Positions 34,037 to 46,360 of a DNA stretch of 64,000 bases are shown here, piece by piece; positions within the stretch are counted from its first letter, which is position 1; each line of letters starts with the position of its first letter. The translations under genes and the position numbers were made by a program. Under the pieces are notes generated by a model. The model made no database searches. It had not been told where the DNA came from and saw nothing but the letters and a program-made list of their open reading frames with translations. Source of the DNA: Fimbriosthenelais zetlandica. Taxonomy: Eukaryota. The DNA lies in NCBI GenBank assembly GCA_977030845.1, contig OZ365113.1, forward strand, positions 12,834,001 through 12,898,000. Direction: 5' to 3'.

Positions 34037-35018
34037 CTGGTTGAAGAAAAGAAATAGAGAAATATGAAGGTACATATAGATATAAGACGAGATGGAAACT
34101 TTAGGTCATTTTACAATTTAAGACATAAGACATTTGAACAATAGAACAGGGCCTAAGGGAGAAAATCGGGCTTGGAGTCAAAGAAGAACTGGTATAATGT
34201 ACCAGGCATGTTGGAAAAGTTAAAGAAAATGAATTTTTAAACAAAATGCACAGATCGATAAAATTTGACTAAAACTACATCAATAAAATAACCAGCCTAA
34301 AGCCTGGGAACATTGAGGCTACCCATTAACGACAAATACATGTCGAAACGATATAAATCCCCTTGCAGGATGAAAGACCTTTGGGGACATAAGTCAACTA
34401 TAATATGCATTTTCTCATGCGGGGCGTGCCATGTGCTAAAAGGGTATTTTTGCACATAGATGGCCCTCAATAGCTCGTTGGATACTGCGAGAGCTGCTCC
34501 CTCTCCCTAGAGTCCATTATGGGCCATTCTAACGAGCTCTTCTCTCTCATAATGGGATTCGCAGTAAACCTATTTATAACGGAGCAGCACCCATCTCTTC
34601 AGAGCACAATTTGTGCACCTAATCATTCCACATTCTTCGATGATAACAACTGGAAAGGCCGGGATAGAAGGACTACATTGAAAACCTGCCCAAAGCAAAA
34701 CCAAACATCATAATCAACATGGCGGATGGATTTGGTCTCTTTTTTTCCTTTTCGCCCCTTCTCGAAGCACCACTTTCTATGGAAGTCCATTTCACTGGGC
34801 ATATTTTTCAGAAGATGCAACCCTTAATCTTTGTGAAATGTGTGGTCAAATTTAATGCTTTCTATTGAATCCCATTTTCAGTAATGCAGCTACCAGGGAA
34901 TAAAGATACTTTTTCCAGACGTTGTTTACAGATTCCAAAAACTATCATCCGACGCAAATGTCCTCAAAGAATTCCAGTTCTACCAAATTGGGAAACTGGT
35001 TCAGCATTTGATAATACA

Positions 35019-35032
35019 GTTGCCATGGCAAC
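35019..35032. promoter_or_regulatory. Perfect palindromic RFX X-box
   Basis: GTTGCCATGGCAAC in a TOX intron; related sites at 23270, 32904, 41493 and 61152. Confidence 0.55.
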
Positions 35033-38000
35033 AGTGGCAACACGGACAAAGATACAAAAGGTACTAGTATCATATTATGTCCATCCCTTCATTCAGAAAG
35101 ACATTTCGGGGAGTCAGAAGAGATACTATACTTTCTTAAGACATGCAGTATGATATTCAGTGTCAAGGGAAATGAGACCATTCCATGGTGGAAAATTACA
35201 TCTTACCATGTCATAAATAGCTTTCATTGCTTTCTTGATGACTACAATGTAAATATATATGAGGGCGGGAGGAGAAAACATCAAGACCTCTCCCTGAGCA
35301 GCGACGGAACCGAACTGTTCCAACATTAATGCAGCGAACTTAACAATAACGTTAATATGTAAATAATGGAATTCATTAGAATGTTAATCAACCTGACGTT
35401 GGCTGGGTTCATCCCATGTTATTCTGGTATTGTGATGTTGGCGTGGGCGTGGGAAAGGAAAAACTAGGTTGAAACTTCCATGACTGCATGCTAGAGAATC
35501 CTCAATTTCGGACATCCAGATTCATCCCAGTAAAAGCTTGAAAGGTGTTTTCTGAGATGTGATACTTTATAGAAACCCCGTGGGTGGACTGAAACTTTCT
35601 AAAAATAAACCAATCTCTACATATACGGCAGTACATTGTAAGTCATACAAGGGCAGATGCTTTTCTCTGGAAGGGAATAGCCCTGAGACCACGGTCGCTG
35701 GCACAGACCTCAAAATTTCCCCAAGATCAAAATTTCGATGATCACAAATGTAAAGGACATTTGTCCCTATAAGGAGATGTTGGAAACCAGAAACAGACAT
35801 GCCAACACTACACGTCTGGAATTATGAATGCTGCATTTCAATTCATCTACAGACATGCCGCAGAATCATCACAATTTGAAAATATTCTTGGCTGACACAG
35901 TTTTCACAATCAATTTGACTGTGAGATCGGGCAAGAAAAGCCATTAAGCACTGCCATTTCTTAGAGGAACCAATTCCCTAGTGGCAAACACTGAAAAGAG
36001 CCAACAATAGTTGCTATTGGTAACGCCTCGACCCCATTTCCTTCGCTACAGGCCCCAATCTCTATGGAAACAAAATAAGTGTTTTATATGGAAAAATCAA
36101 AAGGGAATTGAGTGGCGGTGCACTGAGATGGAGAGCATGCGCAAGGAAAGTGCATTATAGTTATTACTGGGAAGCGATGATTTCTATGTCCTAGTCTTTC
36201 AGACACACAATCAGGCAAATCACATCAAATTAATACCCATTGAATGGGTCATTTTTTTCCCTTCCACAGACCCTATACAAAACTGATAGATGCTTTTTCA
36301 TGTTGCACATGGGAAAAAGTCTTGATTGGACATTGTCCAATGAGCTAATTCAGCCTAGAGAGGTAGAGGAACAGGGTTTTTCTTTCGAACTAGGTGATTG
36401 GTTGGTTGGAGAAGGGGGGAGGGGAGAGAGAAGGAAAAAAATGACGCCTAGGGGCAGTGTTCACAATGCGGAGTAATCTGTTAAAACAATGATGTTTTAA
36501 GGTGGGCGAGAAGTAATCAGGTTAACATTGAGGACGGAGGGGCAGGCCTCTAAATCCTGTTAATAATGGGAACAAGCATCAAGCTCATCAGCCTGAAGTG
36601 GCCTGGTGAGGAACGGTGAGATAAACAGCCGATTAACACCAACCAACCCCAAAGGTGAACCAACTCAAGTCTCTGGTTCCGAAGCAAAGAACATATGCGT
36701 ATAAATTAATGTATCATTGCTGATTTTTGGTAATGAATTGGCAATCTCAGAATAAAACAGCAATCCATGCCTTATATACATGCATGTATCAAAGTTTAAT
36801 TAAGAAAAACCCATAGAACAAATTCAGAATATTTAAGCCATAAATCATCGTCCTACCATTATATTATTATACAGCAACTATCTAAACTCTAATTTAAACC
36901 TGGATTAGTATGTCTAAGCCCGTGTGTACACACAATCAGCCATCAGTGTGGGATATCAGTCGTTGATTATGTGAATTTCAATTTGCTGTTAATTAATTCA
37001 AAATCAAAGCCGGAGGACACGAGTGAGTAGGGGTGGAGGTAGGAACATCTGACAATACCAACATGCGTCTGTTCACTGGGCTGAGTAATTGCCTCTCCCA
37101 ATAAAACATAAATCCTCCAGTCTTCACACAGATTGCCTTCATGCTTGGCAGGTCTTTCAATCATTTTGACCAAGCCTAAAGCAGGGCAGGCAAGATATAA
37201 AAGCCTGCAGCAATCCATAAAAATCTTCTCCTGTTTTCCGCTTTGGCAATTAAATCTTGAACTCCGAGCATAAACCATGTGTCCATATATCAGCTCAGGG
37301 ATTAGACGAATTCCTGCCTACAGACAAGTTAGAGTCGAACGTAGAGGCAATAAATTTGACTTCAATATATATAGAGGCCACTCCAGGGCAAAATGCAATT
37401 TCATGTAAATACAAAAGATATGGATGAATATAAATCAGGAATTGACATTTTCGAGCCAAGGTCAAATGCTCGGATATATTATTTTATCCACAAAGCAAGG
37501 CCTGGGGACAAGTTATATTATGAAGATGAGTTATTTCGTATTATACTCGTGACCATTAAATCATCGTAGAGGGGGTAAGAGAGAAGAAGGAAGTATTAAT
37601 ATTGACCACACCAGTGTAAACACATATTCATCACATCAGTGGTGAATCACGTTCCAGGAAGCGGGAAAATTGCATTGTCCTCCACCAGATCTGCATCAAT
37701 GCCACAATCTCTTTTCTCTCTCCCTCGCCCTCTCCCTTTTCTATATTTGTCTTCTTGCTAACAGCATTTTAATGGGATTTTCTCTAGCCCGCAATGCCTT
37801 TCAATATGGCGGCGCTCATTCTACACCCCTTATTGTCTTAATTGGAGAAATTAATTAGTGGAAGTAGGTGAAGTGTGAAAGGAGGTTCAGAACGAGGAGA
37901 CGAGGGCTTGACAACACCACCCAGTGAAGGAATAAGGGAGGAATAATTTCATCTCATCAAAATGGCTTTTACAAGAGGCGAGGCAAGTCTTGAGCCGTGA

Positions 38001-40508
38001 GACGGTTTTATGACGCGATGTTATAATCAATGTGGCTCTTAAAACATTCTAATCATATCATAGACTGGTAGTGGCTCATAGCGCCCTCTTATAATAGACG
38101 CTTCATACCAGCTTTTTAGGGCCATCTCATCCACCAAACGGAATCCAAGTCATCATTTTGTCTTCTGTTTAAGAAAGCATCTGTGCAGTAAAATACACTG
38201 AGCTGAAAGGTTGTAATGCAATATGTTCATGTATGTGTACACAACTTCGTTTTTAGATGAAACAAGCTTAATGATTATAACATTAAGCGCTGGATGATCC
38301 CCTCATCAAATACTTTATAGAAGGAACAATAATCTTGCACCCTTGGCTTGCCACTATCTGCCCCGACCATTTCCTGTCATTGTGACGGGTGAAAGGTAAA
38401 ATGCCATTCAATGTGCGGGAATCAGTGTGAAGATCACGCCGAGCTCGGCTCCCGTTTGCCTTTGTTTTGTGACAAATATGGCCCCAATTGGCAAAGACAA
38501 GCAAATCACATGTCATTTATCCGCAGCCCAGTGTTCAGACTATTACAGTTCAATATTGCGTTATTCATAGCTCCAAGTCATGGCAAACAATGCAGTGGCG
38601 GAAGGTGGGAGCGTTAGAGACAGCCGTGGGTGGCTTGTAGCTGGGCTTTCAGTCCAGATTCCCTCTATACCTTACATTCCTATCCATGTAAGTCAGAGTA
38701 TAGAGCTCTTTATGTGGTTTATAGCAATGTAGACGACAGACCGCGACATCATGGCTCACGACCAAAGTTTTACCATTTCCTTTCTATTTTTTTTCATTCC
38801 CCAATTCAACCATCCATACACTTACAAACCACATTTTATAGCGAGTTCAACATACAATTTATTTATACAGCTTCCAATCTCCTTTCATAAGCCCAGCAAG
38901 AAAATATATGTCCGTCAGGGCATATATAAAAGATAGGGAATTAATTATAAGTGATTAATCACTTTTCCCAAGAATGAGAGGAAGGGGTCGAGGGATCCAT
39001 TTTGCCCATTTCCGGAAAAAGAACATTTCCGGTACTCACGATGCATTGATAAATAGGACGCATATAGTTGAATAGCCAGGGCAGCAAATTAAGAGCGTGG
39101 TAAAAAGGTCTGATTCAAATAAAGGGGTTTTCCCTTGACCTGCTTCTGATACATAGGAAGGATATCCTCGCTTTTGGCCGCTTGCGCAAGTAATATCAGC
39201 CAGAGTGTATCAACTTGCCACCGTGGCTGGTCCTTTTTGAATGAAGCGCATTCGGTCCAATGAACTTTCTTTATATATAGCTAATCTTCTCAACTTGAAA
39301 GATATATTTTCTCCGATATATCTCAGGAGAATTGAGACTATATAAATGTTCTCCAGAAACTTGCATTCTAGATTTGATTCAGTAGAAAGCAATTCAGCGT
39401 AAAAAGATGGAACTGGGCAAAAGTGTCTTAATTTCTTAGTGGTAATTCTTGGTTTGGTTCAGTTACGATTGTGTTCACTTCAAATCCTGCCAGGATGCTA
39501 TTATTTAGAATGTCAGATTTACAGACATTCTTTGTCAGTCTGATACCTCTAGGGCATTATAATAGAAGCTGTGGGGTGAAGGTAATGACATAATTGCCTT
39601 AATTATCGCCCTCCTAGATCATCCTATCCCCTTTCTCCTTCATTATAGCCTTACCTGGATGGCCAGCCAGGTAAGCAGGCGCCGGCCCTGGACCCTTTGA
39701 TGTCAGTTACTATGACTACGTAATCTGGGCCCCGACCAGCGCCATATGGTTAATGATTGGGAGCTGAAGGGTGGATTGTAGCAGAAAAGGTGGGTGGCAA
39801 CTTAAAGCTGGGTGGTGTGTTAAAGATCCATGTAACTTGGTTATTCAACTCTTCCCTTCCCCTCCCACATTATTAATCCTCACCTGCCCTCCCTCTCATT
39901 CTCCCTCTCTTCCCTATTCGGTCCCAGATTCTATTGTTTGAGAGAATGGGGGTGGGCGGGATGGCAAGTGGGGAGAAGGGGGTGTGCAAGGGGTGAGGGG
40001 GGAGGGGGCTAGAAGGCAAAGCACAGGTGCCAGAGACACCATATGTTGAGTGCATCTATGACATGCTTTGTTGGTCTCGATCCATTTCCACCCGCCCAGG
40101 CCCAACATACCTAGGGCACGAGTAATCATGTTAGGTTCATGTACGTGAACATGCTCTGCATTATTAGCGTGACGCCATATGTGGACTTTTTGACACCAGG
40201 GTGCTAATGGTAGTGAACGGCCAAGATTTATTGAAGGTGTTCTCCATTTGGGACCTAATTTTGCAGGAAACGGCGAAAGGAATACTTTCCCAAAGTAGTA
40301 AATTAAGAGAGAGAAAATAACTCGAAATGTATACATAACCAATGAGATCAAATTCATCACATTTGGATTATGTAAACCTATCAAAACCGTTAAGAAAAAC
40401 GATTGGGAAATCATACATAATTATATAGCATAAGTGATCTGAAGTTGAGCTAAATAAATCTGGCCCTTTTCTAATGGAAATAATGCATTCATTCATAAGA
40501 ATACTTAC

Positions 40509-40642
40509 TTGTGAGGCTCGTTGGGGTCCTTCTTCTTTCGCTTTTTGGGCGTCTTCGGCTTTTTGCTGGCAGAGACGCCGTTATTGGAGGGGTTGTTCAC
40601 TGCTGTTGGCGGGGTATCCGGTGCAGTGCGCTTCACCGCTAG
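40509..40642 (-). CDS. TOX: TOX exon with basic NLS (KKPKTPKKRKKKDPNEPHK)
   Basis: ttgcAG acceptor and AA|GTAAGT donor; phase 0 to 2; the KKKKDPNEPxK motif precedes the TOX HMG box. Confidence 0.93.
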
Positions 40643-43334
40643 CTGCAACAGATGCAGGCCAGACTAAATATTAAGTCATGTCTAAATGAGTAATTCATAT
40701 CATCAGACATGTAACATTTGTACTCATTCCAACCCCTATTGAACGTACGAGGCATGTTATGTTGAATATAAATTTGCAGAAATACAAGAAAATAAAACAA
40801 TATTAATTTCCGAGAAGTAAAAGCACACCATGTAAGGTTTTTCATTCATATACTTCTTTCTGTGTCGGGAAATGCAGAAAGGAAATCAGGTACAGTGTAT
40901 TAGATCCGTTAGAAAAAAGCCTGGGGTATTTAACAAATTACGTTTTTGAAATTAATCAACCAGAAAAGCGTAAACATCGCCAGTATGGTTTATTAACATC
41001 AAGAAACCTAAGTTGATAACTTTTTTTAAAGAAAAAGGGACAAAGAAATATTTCAATGGACGCCTCTTTGTAAAAAGGTATGGAAAATGAACAGATCAAT
41101 GTCTGCTTCGAAAATAAAACCTCACACAATGCCAACAAATAATTCTTTGTAAAGAGTTTTTGTCCTTTAGCGCAGAGGAAACTCAAATATTTCGCGTGGT
41201 TTATTTCAGCGGTAATCTGAAACTTTACTTTAGATTCTGTTTACAAGGCCTTTCATATAAATACGGGAGATTTAAGTACAATTTTAATTTAAGAAGTGGA
41301 AAATGTCACTTGTTGAGATCAAAATGCATGCCTTGTATGGAAATATGTGAAAGGCAAGAGATCACTCAGCAAAATACGGCTATTTCATGGCAAGGGAAGG
41401 CAGATGATATTTGCCACAGAACATATATGATATCATGAGAACTTCTATCCGAGACATCTCGTGTGACTACCAATGGAAGGGGCGGCAAAAATGTTGCCTA
41501 GCAACGGATCTCAAATACCCGACTCAGCATTTGTACTTGGAGAAGTAAGCATAAGGCTCGACATAAAAGACTTGACTATATTTCTTCTCAAAAGACAGGG
41601 ATAAAAGAGAGAAAGTTATAGATATTTTAACATCAAAGCATTTCTTCTGTGCTTCAGACTGAAGGCGGCAATTATTGTATGGAACACAAGGCCACACAGT
41701 GTGCAATGGAAGAATTACTTCTATAATAGTTCCATCTCTTTACTGGTGGAGGAACATGCATTTACAAAGCGGAAAATTCCCGACAATGAATGATCACACT
41801 TTTGACAAAGTTTTGAAGTCAAAGTCACCACTAAATAAACAGAAGAGCTAAATCAGAATATCAGGAAGATCGAAGTTCAGATTTAACTTATTCTTGACTG
41901 GGAAGGAGTGCTATTATTTAAGAGGGAGATACTCATAAATTTCCGTCTTTAAAACAAACCTTTGATTTGAAAATTTTGATCCTCAAATATAGTCATGTTA
42001 GTCGTGGATGTATATACATATTGTGTATATTTGAACCCTCCAAGTATTCCCCCATGCTAAGTAGAGACTGATTATAAAGTTTGACATGCAATAAGTGTTA
42101 GGGGAAGCCCCTATTCTGTCTGATTCAAGATTGTTCATGTAGATGTTATAGTAAACCCCCTATAAATGGTATAGACACTGACACACTGTCAAACTCTACA
42201 TGACATGGTCTATTTCATACCGCGCCACCAATTTCGCGCTTGATTCCAAGTTACTGCTAGGTTTCATTTCATTTCCGGTCAATGCAATATGCCGAAAGTT
42301 TCAGTGAATATCTCGATGTATTTAGAGATAACTAGTTGGAAATAACATGTTGAATGCTGAATTGATTAGTGTTAACGTCATATGTTACTTTGCATGTAGG
42401 TAGGACTCCTCCCTTCCACTTTGAGTTATCAGTTTTCTTATTTCCATTAATCAAACAGATGAGGAGAGAAAAGCCGGCCAAAACACTTAATGCCTAAATC
42501 GAATTGTGGAAATGGCCAATACGTGTTGGGAAGGGTTTTTTTCATGACCGAGCCAATCTGATTTTCCGTTGAAAACTCCATTGCAGTTTTTAAAACAGAA
42601 ATAAAAATTAATTGGGAAAATTGTTTCCGACCGAAACATCAATCAAAGCAATGATTCCTCCGGCGGAGGTTGGAGTAAAAACTTAGTCGGGTCCATTAAG
42701 GGAGAGCTGAGATAAAATAGAGTCCAATAACTGGCCCGGAGCCCTTACCATCATACACGGCTACCAGTAATGGCATACGGCTATTCATTAGTTAACAAGT
42801 TTACCCTCCAATCCAGACCAGGTTTTCAATCACCCGTTTTTGTCCATGAAAAAAATGGGATAAAAAGAGGCAAATTAATTTTGATTTGTCCTCCTGAAGG
42901 TCACTGAAGCATTTCTCTGACCTTGGATGATGGAGAGAACTTGAAAAAGGTAAATACGATTTTCACCGAGATGTACGTTTTATCCGATTTTCTCTAATGA
43001 CATCTGTGCTCTTAAGGTTTCTTTTCATCGACAATGTTTTATTGCAAAAGTTTGTTTGGATTATGCTTTGTGGCAAACTACAAACTCTATATTTATAAGA
43101 GCATCCCTCAATCATAAATTAAAAAACTTTTTCCTTCCTCAAAGAGACGAAATCTACTGCATGACCTCAAAAAAGTATTAAATAAATTCTATATTATAAA
43201 TTAATAAATAAATAGGCATCAAGAATTGTCCCAATTGTAAGTTAAAGAAATAGAAAGTACAATTCCCAACTTTAAACAGAAAGAAAGTACAACAGTTACT
43301 CCAAACGGTAATTAAGATAAAGAGGAAGAAAGAA

Positions 43335-43437
43335 CAACTCCCAACGGTAACTTAAAGAGAAAGAAAGACCAACTCCCAACGGTAACTTAAAGAGAAAGAA
43401 CGAACAACTCCCAACAGTAACTTAAAGAGAAAGAAAG
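43335..43437 (+). repeat. 35-bp minisatellite x3 at the 5' end of a TOX intron
   Basis: CAACTCCCAAC(G/A)GTAACTTAAAGAGAAAGAA at 43335, 43370 and 43405, plus degenerate copies from ~43262. Confidence 0.9.
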
Positions 43438-43511
43438 TAAGTTAATAATACAGAAAGTAAAAGTGTGTGATTAGATAGAAGGATCTTAATGCTAACCTGT
43501 GCCGGTCCTAC

Positions 43512-44246
43512 CTGCGCAAGGGGTAGACTGTCATCGCTGTCTTCGCTACTCTCACGCCCGGGGGACGTGTTGGTGGAGCCCGAGGGCGACACCTGCCGTC
43601 CGTCCATGGCTTTACCTGATTGGTTGTTGTTGCTATTAGCAACTTGCAGTCCTAAGTCTGTACCAACTTGTTGTTGACTTATTGTCGTTAAAACAGGTTC
43701 CCTTTGACCACCTGTTTGTTGTTGTTGCTGTTGTTGATTAGGTCCGTAAGAATTTTGTGATCTTTGTTGTTGCTGTTGTGGTGATTGTTGTTGCTGCTGT
43801 TGTTGGTGGTTGTTATAACTTTGTTGTTGCTGTTGTTGCTGCTGTTGCTGGTGGTAAACACCGTTAACAGGGTAACCTGAAGGATACACTAGTCCTTGAG
43901 AATTGCAGTTCGTATAGCCCTGCGATGTGATCGAGGGAATGTCAATGTTTTGAGGAGGAAATTTAGGCACCACAAAGTTCTGATCAGGGATGTTGGGATT
44001 CCTATTTTGCGTATAGATGCTGGGTGGGGGCTGTTGCTGGGAGTTGTAGACGGACACTGTTGTCGACCTGGGGTGGTGGGTAAGTGGCTGGGTACCGTTG
44101 ATGGACTGGGCTGGCGGATGGTGGGTCAGTGGCTGCGTGGAGTAGAGAGTCTGATGTGCTTGGCTTATAGGTCCACTGTAGGAATTGTTGAGGGAGATAG
44201 GTGGGATATCAAACTCTTCATCACCAAAACTTGGTGTGTGAAATGT
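43512..44246 (-). CDS. TOX: TOX-family HMG-box protein, exon with N-terminal TFHTPSFGDEEFDIPPISL motif and polyQ tracts
   Basis: TFHTPSxGDEEFxIPPI is the recognisable TOX N-terminal motif. Acceptor ttgcAG at 44248/44247; donor CAG|GTAGGA at 43512/43511; 735 nt, phase 0-0. Confidence 0.92.
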
Positions 44247-46099
44247 CTGCAAAATACAAAGAAAGGAAAAGAGAACATTAGATGAAGTTGAACATGACAT
44301 TGTTATTACGGCTAGAATGATGCCCCAGGCAATTAGGATCGTAGGAAAAAGACCTAATCTGTAAATAATTGACAGGGAAGATCCATAATGAAGGGGGGGA
44401 ACTAGGAGAGGAAAAAGCCAGCTTCCCCTATTAAAGCTGAAGCTGAATTGGTCTCCTACCGAAGCTGTGTGCCTTGCCATTTAGATGGAATAAGGTCAAT
44501 ACAATTTTCCAAAGGAAAAGAGCTGTATAGATGGAGGTAGCAGGGTACTGTAGATAGAATTGCCTTAAATGAGCATCTCCCTTCGTACTAGCTTTGTGAA
44601 GTGCACACATTAAAACGTCCTATCTAATATCTCACCTATTGCTACCCAAATTTGAATTAAAGCCCCCAACACCAGTGACGTCATTGGCATTTGGTGACTC
44701 GTTGGTATCAAATATTAGCAGCACGCAATAGTCATTCCTTGTAAACACATAAAAAGACAATGTCTCAGTCTGTCCCTTTCTCCTCTAGGTTCTGCCTGTG
44801 TATGTAGGTAGTTACAGTTTAGCCCCGGTCCTTTACGCTCTCTCCTACCTTTACTGTTTATTTCCGTGTAATGGTCACCCATCCATTCAAGACCAGGATA
44901 CTGGGGAAACAAGGATATAGTGGTAGGGTGAGTTCAGCATGTCACACCCCTACACGCCCGATCAGCCAATCAGCATGCTGGTAACATCCATCATGCTATC
45001 TCCCCCACACTATATACCCCCTGCATGGATAGGTCTGACACTAAATGAAAGTGATATAGAGATCCAGGACCTGGCTATAGATAATCCATCTATTGGTACA
45101 TTGCAATATATCTCCCCATATACCCAAGAGTAAAATGTATCTCCATTTCTATGTGTAGTCACAATAATTATGTTTTCTGTGTAAAGAATATAGAGCTAGA
45201 CTAACCTAAAAAGAAATGGGATTTCTTTGAATATGACAAAGGAATTATTCAGGGGAAAAATATAAACATAGCTTATAAAAGGTAGAAATATAAGAATGAA
45301 TACATGGAATGCTACAGTATTCTGATACCAGAGTAAAAGACTAAAGTACATGATCACAGTTCGCGGAAGATGATAATTCGGTGGGCAGAGAGACTTCTTT
45401 AAGAAGTTTGTCAATCATCCCGATCCCATACCTTGTGAAGTAAATCCATAAAAATGATCTAACAAGATTGAAGTGCTATTAAGATGTCAAGTCACTTTAA
45501 GGGAATGGTAAAGACCAGCAGTCAGGTGTAAGGGGACCCTGTTGGTCTGATCTTGTACATTCAACATGACTCACTGTCTCATCCTTTGTATAACAAAGTC
45601 TCCCTTTGTCAGCCCTTGTCAGGCCTTGTAGTCAGGTACTTTGTAAAAGGTCGTTCAGGGTGATGGTTCAATTGCCTCAAGTCTACATAAGTTAATGATA
45701 TGTCAACGATGTTGACTGGGATCATGAGGCGGTTCAATGTGAAGTGATAGGAGTAAGCCGTATTGTCACTGGTGGGGGGTGACAATGAATTGTGGAGCGT
45801 GCAAAGCGGGGGCAATAACTTACATGGTAACGACACCCAAACATTGATAGAAGCTGATAGCTGGTCATATATAACGCTCATAAAGAGGATCTCTGATATC
45901 ATACACCTACACCAATACCCCACACACCACTCCATAGTGGGCGAAATCCGAGCCAAAGTGAAGTCATTCATTCATTTTATGAGGTCTAAGCCCCGCTGAA
46001 TCAGGACACTTTGAGAATTTTAATCAAACACTTAAAGAGTCTTTAGATTAGACACTCTCCATAGTTTAGTGGAGTCGTTTCTTCTGCTCAGCTGGATCA

Positions 46100-46360
46100 G
46101 ATGTGGAAATTATAGGCCAGCAATTCGCCGGCGTGATCTGTTTGCGGATCCGTTACAATGTGGACAATCGCTTTGGCTGACAACCATGCCATAGAAAGAC
46201 ACTGCAACACGCGAGGTCCTCTTTACAGAGACATTCCCAAGACTTGTCACCAACCAAGGGGGGCAGTGTGCTTCCTGTCTGGCCACTTCTGAGGTAAATA
46301 CCCCTATTGGGGGGTGCAAATTAGCACCCTCTGGTCTCTGGTCCGGACATAGAGGAGCCA
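46100..46360 (+). mobile_element. Possible decayed LTR-retrotransposon (Gypsy-like) integrase fragment
   Basis: Plus frame gives MP*KDTATREVLFTETFPRLVTNQGGQCAS, similar to integrase core PL.D.TA.TVA..F.....P..I.TDQG.QF.S; interrupted. Confidence 0.25.

Noticed and set aside
34480-34575. Imperfect hairpin as a miRNA or snoRNA
   Set aside because: Pairing (ACTGCGA/TCGCAGT and CCATTATG/CATAATGG) is interrupted by a ~23-nt asymmetric insert; no recognisable mature sequence or boxes.
39914-40414. 166-aa minus-strand ORF in a TOX intron
   Set aside because: Non-ATG start, compositionally intron-like, and ends in a C-rich low-complexity stretch.
43896-44285. Plus-strand 129-aa ORF
   Set aside because: Antisense shadow of the large TOX exon.
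44247-44480. 78-codon hydrophobic in-frame extension of the 352-aa ORF as a membrane-anchored TOX N-terminus
   Set aside because: A strong pyrimidine tract and AG sit exactly before the conserved TFHTPS motif, and T-rich intron DNA naturally translates as hydrophobic residues. Intron retention is not excluded without RNA data.
45609-45971. CTLHN motif suggesting a Harbinger transposase C-terminus
   Set aside because: The surrounding residues lack the R..IE..FG.LK.RF context, so no family assignment is supportable.
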